A stretch of 61,105 bases of DNA from a virus. Lineage: Duplodnaviria; Caudoviricetes. The number at the start of each line of letters is the position of its first letter. Positions within the stretch are counted from its first letter, which is position 1. The stretch is from positions 1-61,105 of the IMG/VR virus record IMGVR_UViG_3300025771_000029; one strand, 5' to 3'. This document shows, piece by piece, positions 1 to 10,741 of this stretch. The position numbers were made by a program, and so were the translations under genes. The notes under the pieces were generated by a model. The model was not told the origin of the DNA, did no database searches, and was given only the letters and a program-made list of their open reading frames with translations.

Positions 1-126
1 ATGGCAACCGGCTGATTCATCTGCTGGCGTCACGGTTTACGCAACGATTAACGATCTGCCTTTGAGTGGAGTGGCAGAAGGGTCGATGGCGCTAGTCGAT
101 TCTACGGACAAGCTCTATATCTTCAG
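1..126. repeat. Terminal overlap, identical to 60946-61071 (circular or assembly overlap)
   Basis: Direct comparison: 126 identical bases, after which the two copies diverge. Confidence 0.95.
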
Positions 127-2374
127 TGATTCGGGTTGGTACTCAATCAGCATAGTGAACACTACGCCGTCTATCAGCGGCGTTAATGCTACTTACACTC
201 TTGCCGCAGATGGCACGGCCACGGTTGTTACGGTTACTGCAACTGACCCCGAAGGCATACCGCTCACTTACAGCATTGTCAGCGATACGTCGGGGAATAT
301 TGCGACGGTTACCCAAGGCACTGGAGCGAATACTAATCAGTGGACAATTACGCCAAGCACTAATACGGCGAACGCCGGTAACTTTACGTTGGTATTTAGA
401 GCTAGCGATGGCACCAACATCGCATCAGCAAGCTCTACGTTTACGCTTCAGTTTACAGTTGAGAACAGTAACTACACCACAGCGCTGATTACTTCAGTAG
501 GCGCAAATAACGCAGTTAACAATTCGTTTACTGATAGCTCATCAAATTCTCACACGATTACCGCTAACGGTAACGTAACTCAGAACACATTTAGCCCTTA
601 CCGTCATGGTGGGTATTCGACTTATTTTGATGGCAACGGTGACTATCTTGGCTCGTCTTCTAGCTCTGACTTTGCTTTTGGCACCGGAGACTTTACCGTT
701 GAATTTTGGTTTTATGCTACTAGCATTCCAAGCGCAGTTAATATTGTGGATATGAGAAACGGGTCTTCGGGTTTTGTAATAAATTTTCCTAATGGTGTTT
801 TAGGTTTTTATTCAGAGCCTTCTTCTTCTACCTTAAAGCAATCATCAACATTAAATGCCCATGAGTGGTATCACGTTGCCGCTGTAAGAAACGGAACAAA
901 CTTTGATCTTTATGTTAATGGGACAGCTATTGGAAGTTCAGCTACCGATTCGTCTAATTTTTCAGCTAACACTACCGTAACAATAGGCGCTAGATACACT
1001 AGAGATCAACAGTATTTTCCCGGTTATATATCTAATGTTCGTTTAGTAAAAGGCACAGCTGTATATACCTCCGCTTTTACACCACCAACAGAACGCCTTA
1101 CAGCAGTAACAAACACCAGCTTGCTTACCTGCCATCTCCCGTATATAGCAGACGGCTCAACTAACAGTCACTCTATAACTGTAAACGGCAACACCAAAAC
1201 AGAGCCATTCTCACCATACGACTACGGTAGCTATTCGACTGCCGACAACGGGGGGTCGATTTATTTTGATGGGACGGGTGATAGTTTAACTATTCCTGCA
1301 TCTGCGAATTTTGCGTTTGGAACTGGTGATTTTACGATTGAATTTTGGGGTTATTTTTCCGCAATAGATAATTTTGACACTATTTATATTCATAGTAGTA
1401 CAAGCGGAACTATTCAGTTATTCTTTGTTAGTGGAAAATTAAGATATAACAACAATTCCGTTGCCGCTATTTTAGATACAGCAACAACAATCCCAACTAA
1501 TCAATTGATGCATTTTGCATTAGTGCGTTCTAGCGGAACTTCTAAATGGTATTTGAATGGTGTTGAGGATAGCTCTGTTTCTGATACTACAAACTGGACA
1601 AATAGTGCTACAAATTTAACAATTGGTCGTGACCCTATAAGCGGACGAGATATGTCAGGGTATCTTTCCGATTTTCGTGTCGTAAAAGGCACCGCTGTCT
1701 ACACCTCTGCCTTCACCCCGCCCACAGCACCACTAACAGCTATCACTAACACCTCCTTGCTCCTCAACTGCACAGACGCAGGGATTATCGACAAGTCTCA
1801 GTCTGTCAAAGTGGTTACGTTGGACGGGAGCGCTAAGTCATCGACAACTCAAACTAAGTACCTGACCTCGTCTATGTCTTTTGCGGCGCAAACAGACTTC
1901 TTAAAGGTTGAGCTTCCCAGCACACTTGGTACTGGAGATTTTACTATTGAGTGGTGGGCGTACTTTACAAATATAAATCCAGGGGGAACAAATTACCGAG
2001 CCATCCTAGACATGCGCCATTCTGGCGATACGACTAATTTGTGGCTGCAGCAAAGTGGTGACGGGTCGTGGCTTTATTATCCTAACTATCCAACGACAGG
2101 TTTCACCTCTTCAACTTTTAGTAATAACACTTGGTATCACATCGCCATTGCTCGGGAAAATGGGACTATTCGTTTTTACGTTGATGGGTCACTGACGGGA
2201 AGTGGATCAGATAGCTTTGACTACGACTCTGTCTTTTTAACTTTAAACCATTACTCCACTAGTAGCAGGAGGTGGACAGGGTATGCCTCAGATTTGAGAG
2301 TCACCAAAGGCTTGGCACGTTACACCGCCGCAGACGAAACCGCCAACATTCCATCAGCCGCTCTAGGGGGTTAA
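2..2374 (+). CDS. LamG/concanavalin-like tail fibre (receptor-binding) protein, 3' part; probably begins at 60740 across the junction (859 aa if joined)
   Basis: Three LamG-like repeats (GTGDFTxExW...H.A.VR), one Ig/cadherin-like domain; in frame with the ORF opening at 60740. Confidence 0.8.
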   Translation, partial: WQPADSSAGVTVYATINDLPLSGVAEGSMALVDSTDKLYIFSDSGWYSISIVNTTPSISGVNATYTLAADGTATVVTVTATDPEGIPLTYSIVSDTSGNIATVTQGTGANTNQWTITPSTNTANAGNFTLVFRASDGTNIASASSTFTLQFTVENSNYTTALITSVGANNAVNNSFTDSSSNSHTITANGNVTQNTFSPYRHGGYSTYFDGNGDYLGSSSSSDFAFGTGDFTVEFWFYATSIPSAVNIVDMRNGSSGFVINFPNGVLGFYSEPSSSTLKQSSTLNAHEWYHVAAVRNGTNFDLYVNGTAIGSSATDSSNFSANTTVTIGARYTRDQQYFPGYISNVRLVKGTAVYTSAFTPPTERLTAVTNTSLLTCHLPYIADGSTNSHSITVNGNTKTEPFSPYDYGSYSTADNGGSIYFDGTGDSLTIPASANFAFGTGDFTIEFWGYFSAIDNFDTIYIHSSTSGTIQLFFVSGKLRYNNNSVAAILDTATTIPTNQLMHFALVRSSGTSKWYLNGVEDSSVSDTTNWTNSATNLTIGRDPISGRDMSGYLSDFRVVKGTAVYTSAFTPPTAPLTAITNTSLLLNCTDAGIIDKSQSVKVVTLDGSAKSSTTQTKYLTSSMSFAAQTDFLKVELPSTLGTGDFTIEWWAYFTNINPGGTNYRAILDMRHSGDTTNLWLQQSGDGSWLYYPNYPTTGFTSSTFSNNTWYHIAIARENGTIRFYVDGSLTGSGSDSFDYDSVFLTLNHYSTSSRRWTGYASDLRVTKGLARYTAADETANIPSAALGG

Positions 2375-2377
2375 CAG

Positions 2378-4903
2378 ATGGCCGCGTATAACTTTCCCAA
2401 CTCACCTTCTGACGGCGATACGGTAACTTCAAACGGGATTACCTACACCTATAGCAGCAGCAAAACGCGCTGGGACGGTGCAGCACCATCAGGTTCAAGC
2501 ACCACGGTATATGCAACGATTGACGATTTGCCTCTATCCGGTGCATCAACCGGCGACCAAGCGTATGTATCAGGTAACAACCGCTTGTACATTTGGAACG
2601 GCACCGGCTGGTATAACATCGCGCTGATTAACACGACTCCCAGCATTAGTGGAGCATCCTCCGCTTATGATTTAGCGACTGACGGCACCGCTACAACAGT
2701 CACAATCACAGCTACCGATCCCGAAGGCATACCAATTACTTACAGCATTGCGTCGGATACCTCTGGCAACGTGGCGACTGTCACGCAGGGTACTGGGGCT
2801 AACAGCAACGTGTTTACGGTTACGCCGTCTACTAATACGGCTAATGCAGGCACGTTCAGCCTGACGTTTAGAGCGAGCGATGGGGTGAATATTGCGACAG
2901 CGGTCAGTAGTTTTACGCTTCAGTTTTCAGTTGAGAACAGCAACTACACCACAGCACTCATTACGTCTGTAGGCGCTAACAACGCAGTCAATAACTCCAT
3001 TGATGACGCCTCTACGAATAACCACACCATAACCGCTAACGGCAACGTGACGCAAAATACTTTTAGCCCTTACCGTCATGGTGGGTATTCGACTTACCAT
3101 GATGGTAGTGGGGATTACTTAACAGTTTCTAATCAGGCGGCAATAGCGTTAGGGTCTGGCGACTTCTGCGTAGAATGCTGGACGTATTTGAATAGTAGAG
3201 ATAACGATAGACCGGGGATTTGGTCGAATTATGGTGTTGGGGGTTTTGACGCATCCGCGCTTGCATTAATTGCGGGGCACGGAACCTCAACAACAACTCA
3301 GTATCAAGTTGCTGGAAATTACACTGGCGGCTCGTCTTTTATAATAAACGCAGGGACAATTTTATATAAGCAATGGGTGCATCTTGCTGTTGTCAGAAAT
3401 TCAGGAACTATATATTTGTATGTAAATGGCGTTGAAGAAGGATCTGCTAGTGTTTCTCAAAATTTCAATAAAGATGATATGTGGATTGGAGTAACTGGAG
3501 ACAACACCACGAAAGGTATAAATGGTTATGTGACTGATTTTAGAGTTGTAGTTGGTAGCTCAGTTTACACGTCCGCCTTCACACCCCCAACAGAACGCCT
3601 CACCGCAATAGCAAATACCAGCCTACTAACCTGTCATTTGCCCTACATCGCAGACGGCTCAACTAACGCTCACGCTATTACTGTAAACGGCAACACTAAA
3701 ACAGAGCCATTCGGCCCCTACGATCACGGTGTCTATTCGACTGCCGACAACGGCGGGTCGATTTATTTTGATGGGAGTGGGGATTATTTAAGTTCTACTA
3801 TTACTGGTCCAGGTACTGGTGATTTTACATACGAATTTTGGTATTACCCAACCAATAGTTCCTTTGATGGTACATCTTTTAATACACGATCGTCTGGAAA
3901 TTCTGGTGCTGACGGGTTTGATCTAAACCTAACCTCAACAGGCATTCAAGCTACATACACAAATGTAATATGGCTTAACGTTTCTACTTCAGCAATAAAG
4001 GCTTTTAATTGGAATCACATAGCATTAGTCAGAAACAGTGGTACAGTTACGATTTATGTAAACGGCACATCTGTTGGTACCGCCTCTCAAACTAGTAACT
4101 TCAGTTCAACATCATTTAACTTATTTGCCAACGTTTTAAATGGTACGGGTCTATCAGGACATGTTACTGATTTCAGGTATGCAACTACTGCAGTTTACAC
4201 ATCTAGCTTCACCCCACCCACAGCACCACTAACAGCAATCACCAACACGTCTTTGCTCCTCAACGGAACAGACGCAGGAATTATCGACAAATCACAGTCC
4301 GTCAAAACGATCACGTTAAACGGCGACGTTAAGTCGTCTACTACTCAGACAAAGTATTTAACTTCGTCAATGTATTTTGATGGGAGTGGCGATTCGCTCA
4401 CCATTGGAAACAATCAGGGGCTTCACATTGGCAGCGGAGATTTTACTATAGAGATGTGGTTCCGCGCAGCAGCAGTCAATACAAATCAGACTTTAATTAT
4501 AAGACGCTCTTCTGCCACTGCGAGGGGATTTGTAATAACTATAAACCCAGCGTCCGGGCCTAATAAAATAGGGTTTTTAGCAGGAGACACATCTGTTACA
4601 CCCGTTGCGTGGGACGTGTCGATAAACTCAACTTCAGATTTAAGCGCTGACACTTGGCATCACATTGCAATCGTTAGATCTGGAAATAATTTTTATTTAT
4701 ACCTAGATGGAACTCAAGAAACATCAGCGAGTTGGTCTGGAACCATTGCAGACGATACTAGCGACATGCACATTGGAGTTAATGATGCTGCAACAGTTTA
4801 TTTTACTGGGTATTTGTCTGACGTTCGCATCACCAAAGGCCTAGCCCGATACACAGCCTTAGACGAAACCGCAAACATTCCATCAGCCGCGTTGCAGGGG
4901 TAA
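2378..4903 (+). CDS. LamG/concanavalin-like tail fibre protein (paralogue of the preceding gene)
   Basis: 841 aa; NFPNSPSDGD N-terminus, Ig-like domain, three LamG-like domains with shared linkers. Confidence 0.8.
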   Translation: MAAYNFPNSPSDGDTVTSNGITYTYSSSKTRWDGAAPSGSSTTVYATIDDLPLSGASTGDQAYVSGNNRLYIWNGTGWYNIALINTTPSISGASSAYDLATDGTATTVTITATDPEGIPITYSIASDTSGNVATVTQGTGANSNVFTVTPSTNTANAGTFSLTFRASDGVNIATAVSSFTLQFSVENSNYTTALITSVGANNAVNNSIDDASTNNHTITANGNVTQNTFSPYRHGGYSTYHDGSGDYLTVSNQAAIALGSGDFCVECWTYLNSRDNDRPGIWSNYGVGGFDASALALIAGHGTSTTTQYQVAGNYTGGSSFIINAGTILYKQWVHLAVVRNSGTIYLYVNGVEEGSASVSQNFNKDDMWIGVTGDNTTKGINGYVTDFRVVVGSSVYTSAFTPPTERLTAIANTSLLTCHLPYIADGSTNAHAITVNGNTKTEPFGPYDHGVYSTADNGGSIYFDGSGDYLSSTITGPGTGDFTYEFWYYPTNSSFDGTSFNTRSSGNSGADGFDLNLTSTGIQATYTNVIWLNVSTSAIKAFNWNHIALVRNSGTVTIYVNGTSVGTASQTSNFSSTSFNLFANVLNGTGLSGHVTDFRYATTAVYTSSFTPPTAPLTAITNTSLLLNGTDAGIIDKSQSVKTITLNGDVKSSTTQTKYLTSSMYFDGSGDSLTIGNNQGLHIGSGDFTIEMWFRAAAVNTNQTLIIRRSSATARGFVITINPASGPNKIGFLAGDTSVTPVAWDVSINSTSDLSADTWHHIAIVRSGNNFYLYLDGTQETSASWSGTIADDTSDMHIGVNDAATVYFTGYLSDVRITKGLARYTALDETANIPSAALQG

Positions 4904-4909
4904 GACTTT

Positions 4910-5377
4910 GTGGACCCTCTTTCGCTCATGGCAATGGCAAGCACTACGTTTAAGGGCTTGCAAGTGCTCGTTAGCAAAGGGGCGGAGATTGAGCATGTAG
5001 CGCAAAAGCTGGGTCATTGGTACAGCTTAGTAAGTGATCTTAGAGAGGCAGAGAAAGAGGCAGAAAACCCGCCGTTGTTTAAAAAAATGTTTGACGGCGA
5101 GTCGGTGGAGGAACAAGCGCTAAACGCAGTTATTGCAAAGAAAAAGATTGAAGAGCAAGAGAGAGAAATACGAGAGTTAATTACTTGGGCCTACGGTACT
5201 GAAACGTACAAAGAAATGATGCAAATGCGTCGCGATATCAAAGCGAAGCGGGAGAAAATGATCTACAAGCAAAGGCGCAGGCAGCGGCGAATGCTAGATG
5301 TATCTGCATTAACAATGGCTTCAATTTTTTGTGGGGGGATTGTCTACGGCACTTATTCAATCATTACTAGTGTCTGA
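4910..5377 (+). CDS. Hypothetical phage protein with C-terminal hydrophobic segment
   Basis: 155 aa ORF tightly packed in the late operon; coiled-coil followed by a putative TM helix. Confidence 0.6.
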   Translation: MDPLSLMAMASTTFKGLQVLVSKGAEIEHVAQKLGHWYSLVSDLREAEKEAENPPLFKKMFDGESVEEQALNAVIAKKKIEEQEREIRELITWAYGTETYKEMMQMRRDIKAKREKMIYKQRRRQRRMLDVSALTMASIFCGGIVYGTYSIITSV

Positions 5378-5380
5378 CAG

Positions 5381-5397
5381 TATTAGTGTGGATAATA
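5381..5397 (+). promoter_or_regulatory. 17-bp operator copy TATTAGT-GTG-GATAATA
   Basis: Matches the TATTAGC-N3-GCTAATA family; weak -35. Confidence 0.55.
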
Positions 5398-5594
5398 TGG
5401 ATGATAAGTACTGGGAAGCGCTGAACCGAATCACGGCTCATGAAGCCATGTGCGAGGAGCGGTCTAAGACTATTTTTAACCGGCTCGAAAACATCGAAGA
5501 GGCGTTAAACCAAGTTCACAAAAATACGTTTCTCATTGGTGTCGCGCTCATTGGCGGTATGGGCGGAATTATCGTGACTTTAGCGTTGAAGTGA
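5397..5594 (+). CDS. Small coiled-coil membrane protein (XhlA/holin-like)
   Basis: MDDKYW...HEAMCEER coiled-coil plus C-terminal TM; start moved to ATG 5397. Confidence 0.5.
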   Translation: MDDKYWEALNRITAHEAMCEERSKTIFNRLENIEEALNQVHKNTFLIGVALIGGMGGIIVTLALK

Positions 5595-5600
5595 GAGGCC

Positions 5601-7370
5601 ATGACATATTTTAAGCGCACCAGATTTAGCGGTATTGCACCCGGCGTCGCGCCCCGTCTACTAGCAGAGCAATTTGGTCAAGAGGCCGAAAATCTAGACT
5701 TCGAGTCGGGAGAGTTTGCGCCTATCCCAATCGAAGGTTCTACCGCACATGTACTGTCTAACAGCCAGCGCCGCTCAATCTATTATTACGATAACAGCAC
5801 TAGTCCTATGTGGGTTGAATGGGATGAAGACGGCGTTAAAGCAGTAGAGGGTCCGATTCCCGGTGACGCTGATGACCGATTGTACTGGACTGGTGAAACC
5901 TACCCGCGAATGGGTACTTACACAGGACTATCTAACTGGGCAAACCGCGCCGATTACCGCCTGGGAATACCTGCGCCGCAAGCTGCACCTACTATTACTA
6001 TAACGGGCACCCTTGATACGACGGTCACTGCCGAAGAAACAGCGTGGGTATATACGTTTGTAAGTGAGTTTGGCGAAGAAGGACCGCCTAGCGAGGCGTC
6101 TTTGATCTACGAATTTACGCCGACTACAGACGGCGGCACAACAGGTCAGACTGCAACTATTAATATACCTAGTTACAACGTATCGGGTAATTTTGCGTTT
6201 GGCTCACCAGCAAGAAAACGTATTTATCGCGCCAACGTCGGTTCTAACGCAACAGAATTTCAGCTTGTACACGATGTAGCCTACACTGAGACTCAAAAAG
6301 ATGACTCAAAACAGGCGACTGAGCTTGCTGAAGTTCTTCCTTCCACAACATGGATTGGCCCGCCCGATGACGACACCACTAATTACCCTGATGGGCCGCT
6401 GCAAGGACTGACACCTGTAGCGAACGGCATTTTTGCCGGGTTTACAGGCAAGCGCTTGTGTTTAAGCGAAGCGTATCTGCCACACGCATGGCCTGTTGAT
6501 TATCGGATTACGTTGGAAAATGACATCGTTGCTATTGGCACAACTGCTAACGGCATTGTCGCCCTAACTGATGGCAAGCCGTATTTTGTAACAGGTGTCG
6601 ACCCCAGCGCCATGTCAGCGGTGCAGATTAATCTTGAACAGGGCTGCGTTAACCCGCGCTCGGTTGTAGATCTAGGAGACGTAGTGCTCTACGCCGGTCC
6701 TGATGGGCTGTGCGCGATTTCGGGCACCGAAGGCAGAGTAATCACGCGCGGCCTTATTTCGCCTACTCAGTGGAACGACGATTTTTACCCCGAGCAAATC
6801 CGTGCGTTTGAGCATGAAGGCACTTATGTTGCGTTTTACACGGATACTTTTACAAACACACATGCTGGTTGGGTTTACGATCCACGCGCGGAAGAAGCGG
6901 CGCTATCTACTATTACGGCTTCTGCCGAGCGGCGCGGGGGGTATAAAAATCCCAAGACGGGTGAGTTATTTCTGATCATAGGGGCGGCTGTTCAGCCTTA
7001 CCGTGGTAGCACTACAACTAATCGGCTGGGTAGGTGGAAATCAAAAAAGTACGTGACGCCTGTCCCAGTCAGCATGGGCTGGGTGTCATTAAAAGCAAAG
7101 CTTTACCCTAGTACAGGCACTAAAAACCGCGTTCTTGTTTGGGCAGACGGTACGTTGATCGCTGACTATTACATCACCTTTGACAGTAATACAAATACAT
7201 ACACTCAAGAAGTCAACACGCCTTCTGGTATATCAGATACAACGTTGTATGAACCTATTATGCGGCTCCCAGCGGTTGTAGGTTCTGAATGGGAAGTAGA
7301 GATCCGTGGCTCTGAACGGATACACGAGTTTTGTTTAGCGCAAAGTATGGATGAAATTAGACAGTCATGA
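5601..7370 (+). CDS. Virion tail/nozzle (stabilisation-type) structural protein
   Basis: 589 aa beta-rich protein, RBS GAGAGG, directly upstream of the tail tip gene. Confidence 0.55.
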   Translation: MTYFKRTRFSGIAPGVAPRLLAEQFGQEAENLDFESGEFAPIPIEGSTAHVLSNSQRRSIYYYDNSTSPMWVEWDEDGVKAVEGPIPGDADDRLYWTGETYPRMGTYTGLSNWANRADYRLGIPAPQAAPTITITGTLDTTVTAEETAWVYTFVSEFGEEGPPSEASLIYEFTPTTDGGTTGQTATINIPSYNVSGNFAFGSPARKRIYRANVGSNATEFQLVHDVAYTETQKDDSKQATELAEVLPSTTWIGPPDDDTTNYPDGPLQGLTPVANGIFAGFTGKRLCLSEAYLPHAWPVDYRITLENDIVAIGTTANGIVALTDGKPYFVTGVDPSAMSAVQINLEQGCVNPRSVVDLGDVVLYAGPDGLCAISGTEGRVITRGLISPTQWNDDFYPEQIRAFEHEGTYVAFYTDTFTNTHAGWVYDPRAEEAALSTITASAERRGGYKNPKTGELFLIIGAAVQPYRGSTTTNRLGRWKSKKYVTPVPVSMGWVSLKAKLYPSTGTKNRVLVWADGTLIADYYITFDSNTNTYTQEVNTPSGISDTTLYEPIMRLPAVVGSEWEVEIRGSERIHEFCLAQSMDEIRQS

Positions 7371-10300
7371 CTACTGAAGACGGACGCCGCAATCCGCGCT
7401 CGACGGTCGCGACTAAAGTCCCCGGTATACCTAAAGTCCCCACTAAGATATCTGCAGAGTTGCGTCAGTATCTTACGTCTCTTGGCGAGGCGCTTGAAAT
7501 ACGTCTTGGCCGGAAAGGTGATCCGCGCGACCGGGCTGTTACTTTACGTGAGTTAACTGACGGCGGTTTAAGCGGAGTGAATTTGCGCGTTGGCACAGTA
7601 ACTACTACTGGTCCACAAGACGATCCAAATGCAGATTTTCCAGTCGCACCCGTAGGTTTTATTGTAACCGGAGGTTTTTCTTATATATCGCTAAGATGGA
7701 ATTGGCCGGGACAGTCTTACTCAGGCCATTCTCTAACAGAAATATGGCGTAATACAGTAGATGATAGAACCGAAGCAGGTGGTAATCAAAGAATAGGTAT
7801 ATCACCTGGCACTACTTTTATTGATCGTGTAGGAAGCGACGCAAGTTTTTATTATTGGATTCGGCACGTAAATGTAAACGGCCAAGAAGGCCCATTTAAC
7901 GCTACAGCTGGAACGTTAGGCCAAACCCAACCCGACACCACATATCTTACCGGTTTGTTAGCGGGTGCAATTACGAGTACTGAACTTGCAACCGCGTTGT
8001 CTTCCTCTATTGCCGATATCCCAGACATAAAAACATTGGTTGATAACTGGGAAGTAACCATCCCACAAATAGAAGATATGCTTGGTTTTGATGCTACTGT
8101 TACTTACACAGGAGACAGCATCAAACAACGTATTATTGATGCCGAAGGTAATATCTCTACTTTAACAACCGATGTTTATGACAGTAACGGCACATTAAAA
8201 CTCGTTACTTCTTCTACTTATAACGCTGAAATATTTGATGCGAACGGCGTGTCAAGGCTTTCGGGCCTTGAATCAGAGCTTTATAACTCTGACGGGACGC
8301 TCAAGTTAGTATCTTCCGCTGTATTTAGCGCGGTAGAGGCGGAGGTTTTTCCAGATGGTACTAGCTCGGCATCCGCGCTAGACACCTTAAACTCTACTAT
8401 ATACAACTCAGATGGAACCCCAAAAGTCGACTCAACAGTTGTAGATCAACTAACAACAGAAGTGTTTCCAGATGGAACAAGCTCAGCGTCTGCTATAGAT
8501 GGTCTTAACTCTACTATTTACGACGCGAATGGAAACCCAAAAGTCGACTCAACAGTTGTAGATCAACTAACAACAGAAGTGTACCCAGATGGAACAAGTT
8601 CAGCGTCCGCTATTGCAGGTCTTAACTCTACTATCTACGACGCGAATGGAAACCCAAAAGTCGACTCAACAGTTGTAGATCAACTAACAACAGAAGTGTT
8701 TCCAGACGGTACAAGCTCAGCGTCTGCTATAGATGGTCTTAACTCTACTATTTACGACGCGAATGGAAACCCAAAGGTTGATTCAACTGTTGTAGATCTT
8801 CTTAAAACAGAAGTGTTTCCAGACGGTACAAGCTCAGCGTCTGCTATAGATGGTCTTAACTCTACTATTTACGACGCGAATGGAAACCCAAAGGTTGATT
8901 CAACTATTTTTAATCAGATGAAGACTGAGGTCTACCCCGATGGGACGACTTCAGCCTCCGCGATTGAAAACCTATCAAGCGGATACGATGACCCAGATGG
9001 GGGTACATCTAGTGTTACTCTGCAGCAGGCTATGGACACACAGGTCACGCTAAATGGAACACTAAAAGGTCAATACACGTTAAAAATCGATGCTGCGGGA
9101 ACTATTGCTGGTTTTGGTTTAGCTAATACGTCTAGTGCTTCAGGCAACGCAACGTCCGAATTTTTAATCCAAGCCGATAAGTTTGCATTGTTACCACCCT
9201 CTACGGTTGCAACCTCATTTCCAACTACTGGCAACTATCAGAATCGCACTATTTATCGGTCAGACTTGGATGAAACGTATTACTACAGCGTTACTGCTAA
9301 CAACAATGCGGGTGGCTGGGTAACGACTCCTGATAGTTTGCCTTTTATCGTGACGACTACCCCTACTACGTTGCAAGGTGAGACGGTTCCTGCCGGTGTT
9401 TATATTGATACTGCATATATGAATAAGGGTCGGGTACTTGATCTTGTAGCAGGCAGCGTTGTTGCTGACTACATATCCGCTACTGTTGCCATGGACGCGC
9501 CGTACTTGTTTGGCGGCACAATCAACGTAGGGCAGATAAATAAGCCCACCACCGATCCGCGTACATGGACCGTGTCTGGTAACACGCGCGTCAGTAACTT
9601 CTCTGTCGATGCACTTGGCGTGATGCATGCCAATTCTGCTGTGATGGAAGGCATCACAATCAAAGCTCCTGACGGTACAGTGCTTGTTGACGCAGGTGGT
9701 ATGACAGGGAGCAGCGGCGGCAACCTTGCTTACAACGCAAATTTTAGGCGTGGTGATCTTACCTTTAACTCAGCTACTTCGACATGGACTGAAGACGTTT
9801 ATTTAGTAGACGGCTTTGTTGAATATAATCCCAATACTAACCCTACCGTAAGCACTTTTCGAAAGGACTTAGGGTACATACGTTGCGGCGACAATGGTAG
9901 CGGAGATCCAGTTAACAATACAAAAGTTCCGTCTTATATAAGATCTAATAAACAACGGTTTCCTGTTGTGCCGGGCGAAACGCTGTATTTGTATGCACAA
10001 ACAAGTACATTGACTGGCTTGTGGATGGCTGTTGCTTACTATGATAACTCTGACGGGACAACTACGTCCGGCTTTGTTACCCCACAAGGTGCTGTGTCTA
10101 CTTCAAACAGCGATTTTGATTCTAAAAGTATTACAGCCGGGGGCAATTCAAGGCAATTTTCAATTGCTGCGGTAACTGTACCTGCTTCTGCTCAATACGG
10201 AGAGATTCGTTTTGGGTCAAATACTGGCGACTACGTTTATTTTTATAACGTAGGCGTGTCTCGCACTCCGCCTGAACTTACTCCTAAGTACGCAGCCACA

Positions 10301-10741
10301 TACATTCGTGATTTGTCAGTAGACACGCTGCAGATTGCGGGTAACGCGGTAACACTTGCTGATAGCTCAACAACTGGCCCTGTCAATACTGGTTCAAGTT
10401 ACACGACTCATACGCTTGAAACTGGATTAATGCCCGAAAATTCGTCTTTTGTGTGGTTTATAAATGCGATTGTAAACCAAGTTTCAGGAAACCCTTCTAC
10501 TTATGACCTAGTGGTTAAGTTTTACACTAAAACGGCTACTGGCTCCTATGTGCTTAATTCTACCGACACGATTTGGATTTATGCCTATGGCCTTGACGCG
10601 CGCATCTTAAAAAAATCATTCCCAGCCAGCCATGTTGGTGATGGATACATGAAATGTGAAGTAAGGCTTCAGCAACATAACTCAAGTAGTTTGGTTAGCT
10701 CTGGGTCAATTGAGATAGCTTACGTCGGAGCAAAAAAATAA
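7367..10741 (+). CDS. Tail tip/host-specificity fibre protein (J-like, DUF1983-type segment)
   Basis: Fn3-like YYWIRHVN segment, GQYTLKIDAAG.IAGFGL...FLIQADKF motif, internal 39-aa repeats. Confidence 0.7.
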   Translation: MTTEDGRRNPRSTVATKVPGIPKVPTKISAELRQYLTSLGEALEIRLGRKGDPRDRAVTLRELTDGGLSGVNLRVGTVTTTGPQDDPNADFPVAPVGFIVTGGFSYISLRWNWPGQSYSGHSLTEIWRNTVDDRTEAGGNQRIGISPGTTFIDRVGSDASFYYWIRHVNVNGQEGPFNATAGTLGQTQPDTTYLTGLLAGAITSTELATALSSSIADIPDIKTLVDNWEVTIPQIEDMLGFDATVTYTGDSIKQRIIDAEGNISTLTTDVYDSNGTLKLVTSSTYNAEIFDANGVSRLSGLESELYNSDGTLKLVSSAVFSAVEAEVFPDGTSSASALDTLNSTIYNSDGTPKVDSTVVDQLTTEVFPDGTSSASAIDGLNSTIYDANGNPKVDSTVVDQLTTEVYPDGTSSASAIAGLNSTIYDANGNPKVDSTVVDQLTTEVFPDGTSSASAIDGLNSTIYDANGNPKVDSTVVDLLKTEVFPDGTSSASAIDGLNSTIYDANGNPKVDSTIFNQMKTEVYPDGTTSASAIENLSSGYDDPDGGTSSVTLQQAMDTQVTLNGTLKGQYTLKIDAAGTIAGFGLANTSSASGNATSEFLIQADKFALLPPSTVATSFPTTGNYQNRTIYRSDLDETYYYSVTANNNAGGWVTTPDSLPFIVTTTPTTLQGETVPAGVYIDTAYMNKGRVLDLVAGSVVADYISATVAMDAPYLFGGTINVGQINKPTTDPRTWTVSGNTRVSNFSVDALGVMHANSAVMEGITIKAPDGTVLVDAGGMTGSSGGNLAYNANFRRGDLTFNSATSTWTEDVYLVDGFVEYNPNTNPTVSTFRKDLGYIRCGDNGSGDPVNNTKVPSYIRSNKQRFPVVPGETLYLYAQTSTLTGLWMAVAYYDNSDGTTTSGFVTPQGAVSTSNSDFDSKSITAGGNSRQFSIAAVTVPASAQYGEIRFGSNTGDYVYFYNVGVSRTPPELTPKYAATYIRDLSVDTLQIAGNAVTLADSSTTGPVNTGSSYTTHTLETGLMPENSSFVWFINAIVNQVSGNPSTYDLVVKFYTKTATGSYVLNSTDTIWIYAYGLDARILKKSFPASHVGDGYMKCEVRLQQHNSSSLVSSGSIEIAYVGAKK
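8342..8970 (+). repeat. 117-bp in-frame tandem repeat, five full copies plus a partial sixth
   Basis: Unit starts at 8342, 8459, 8576, 8693, 8810 and 8927 (EVFPDGTSSASAIDGLNSTIYDANGNPKVDSTVVDQLTT). Confidence 0.95.
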
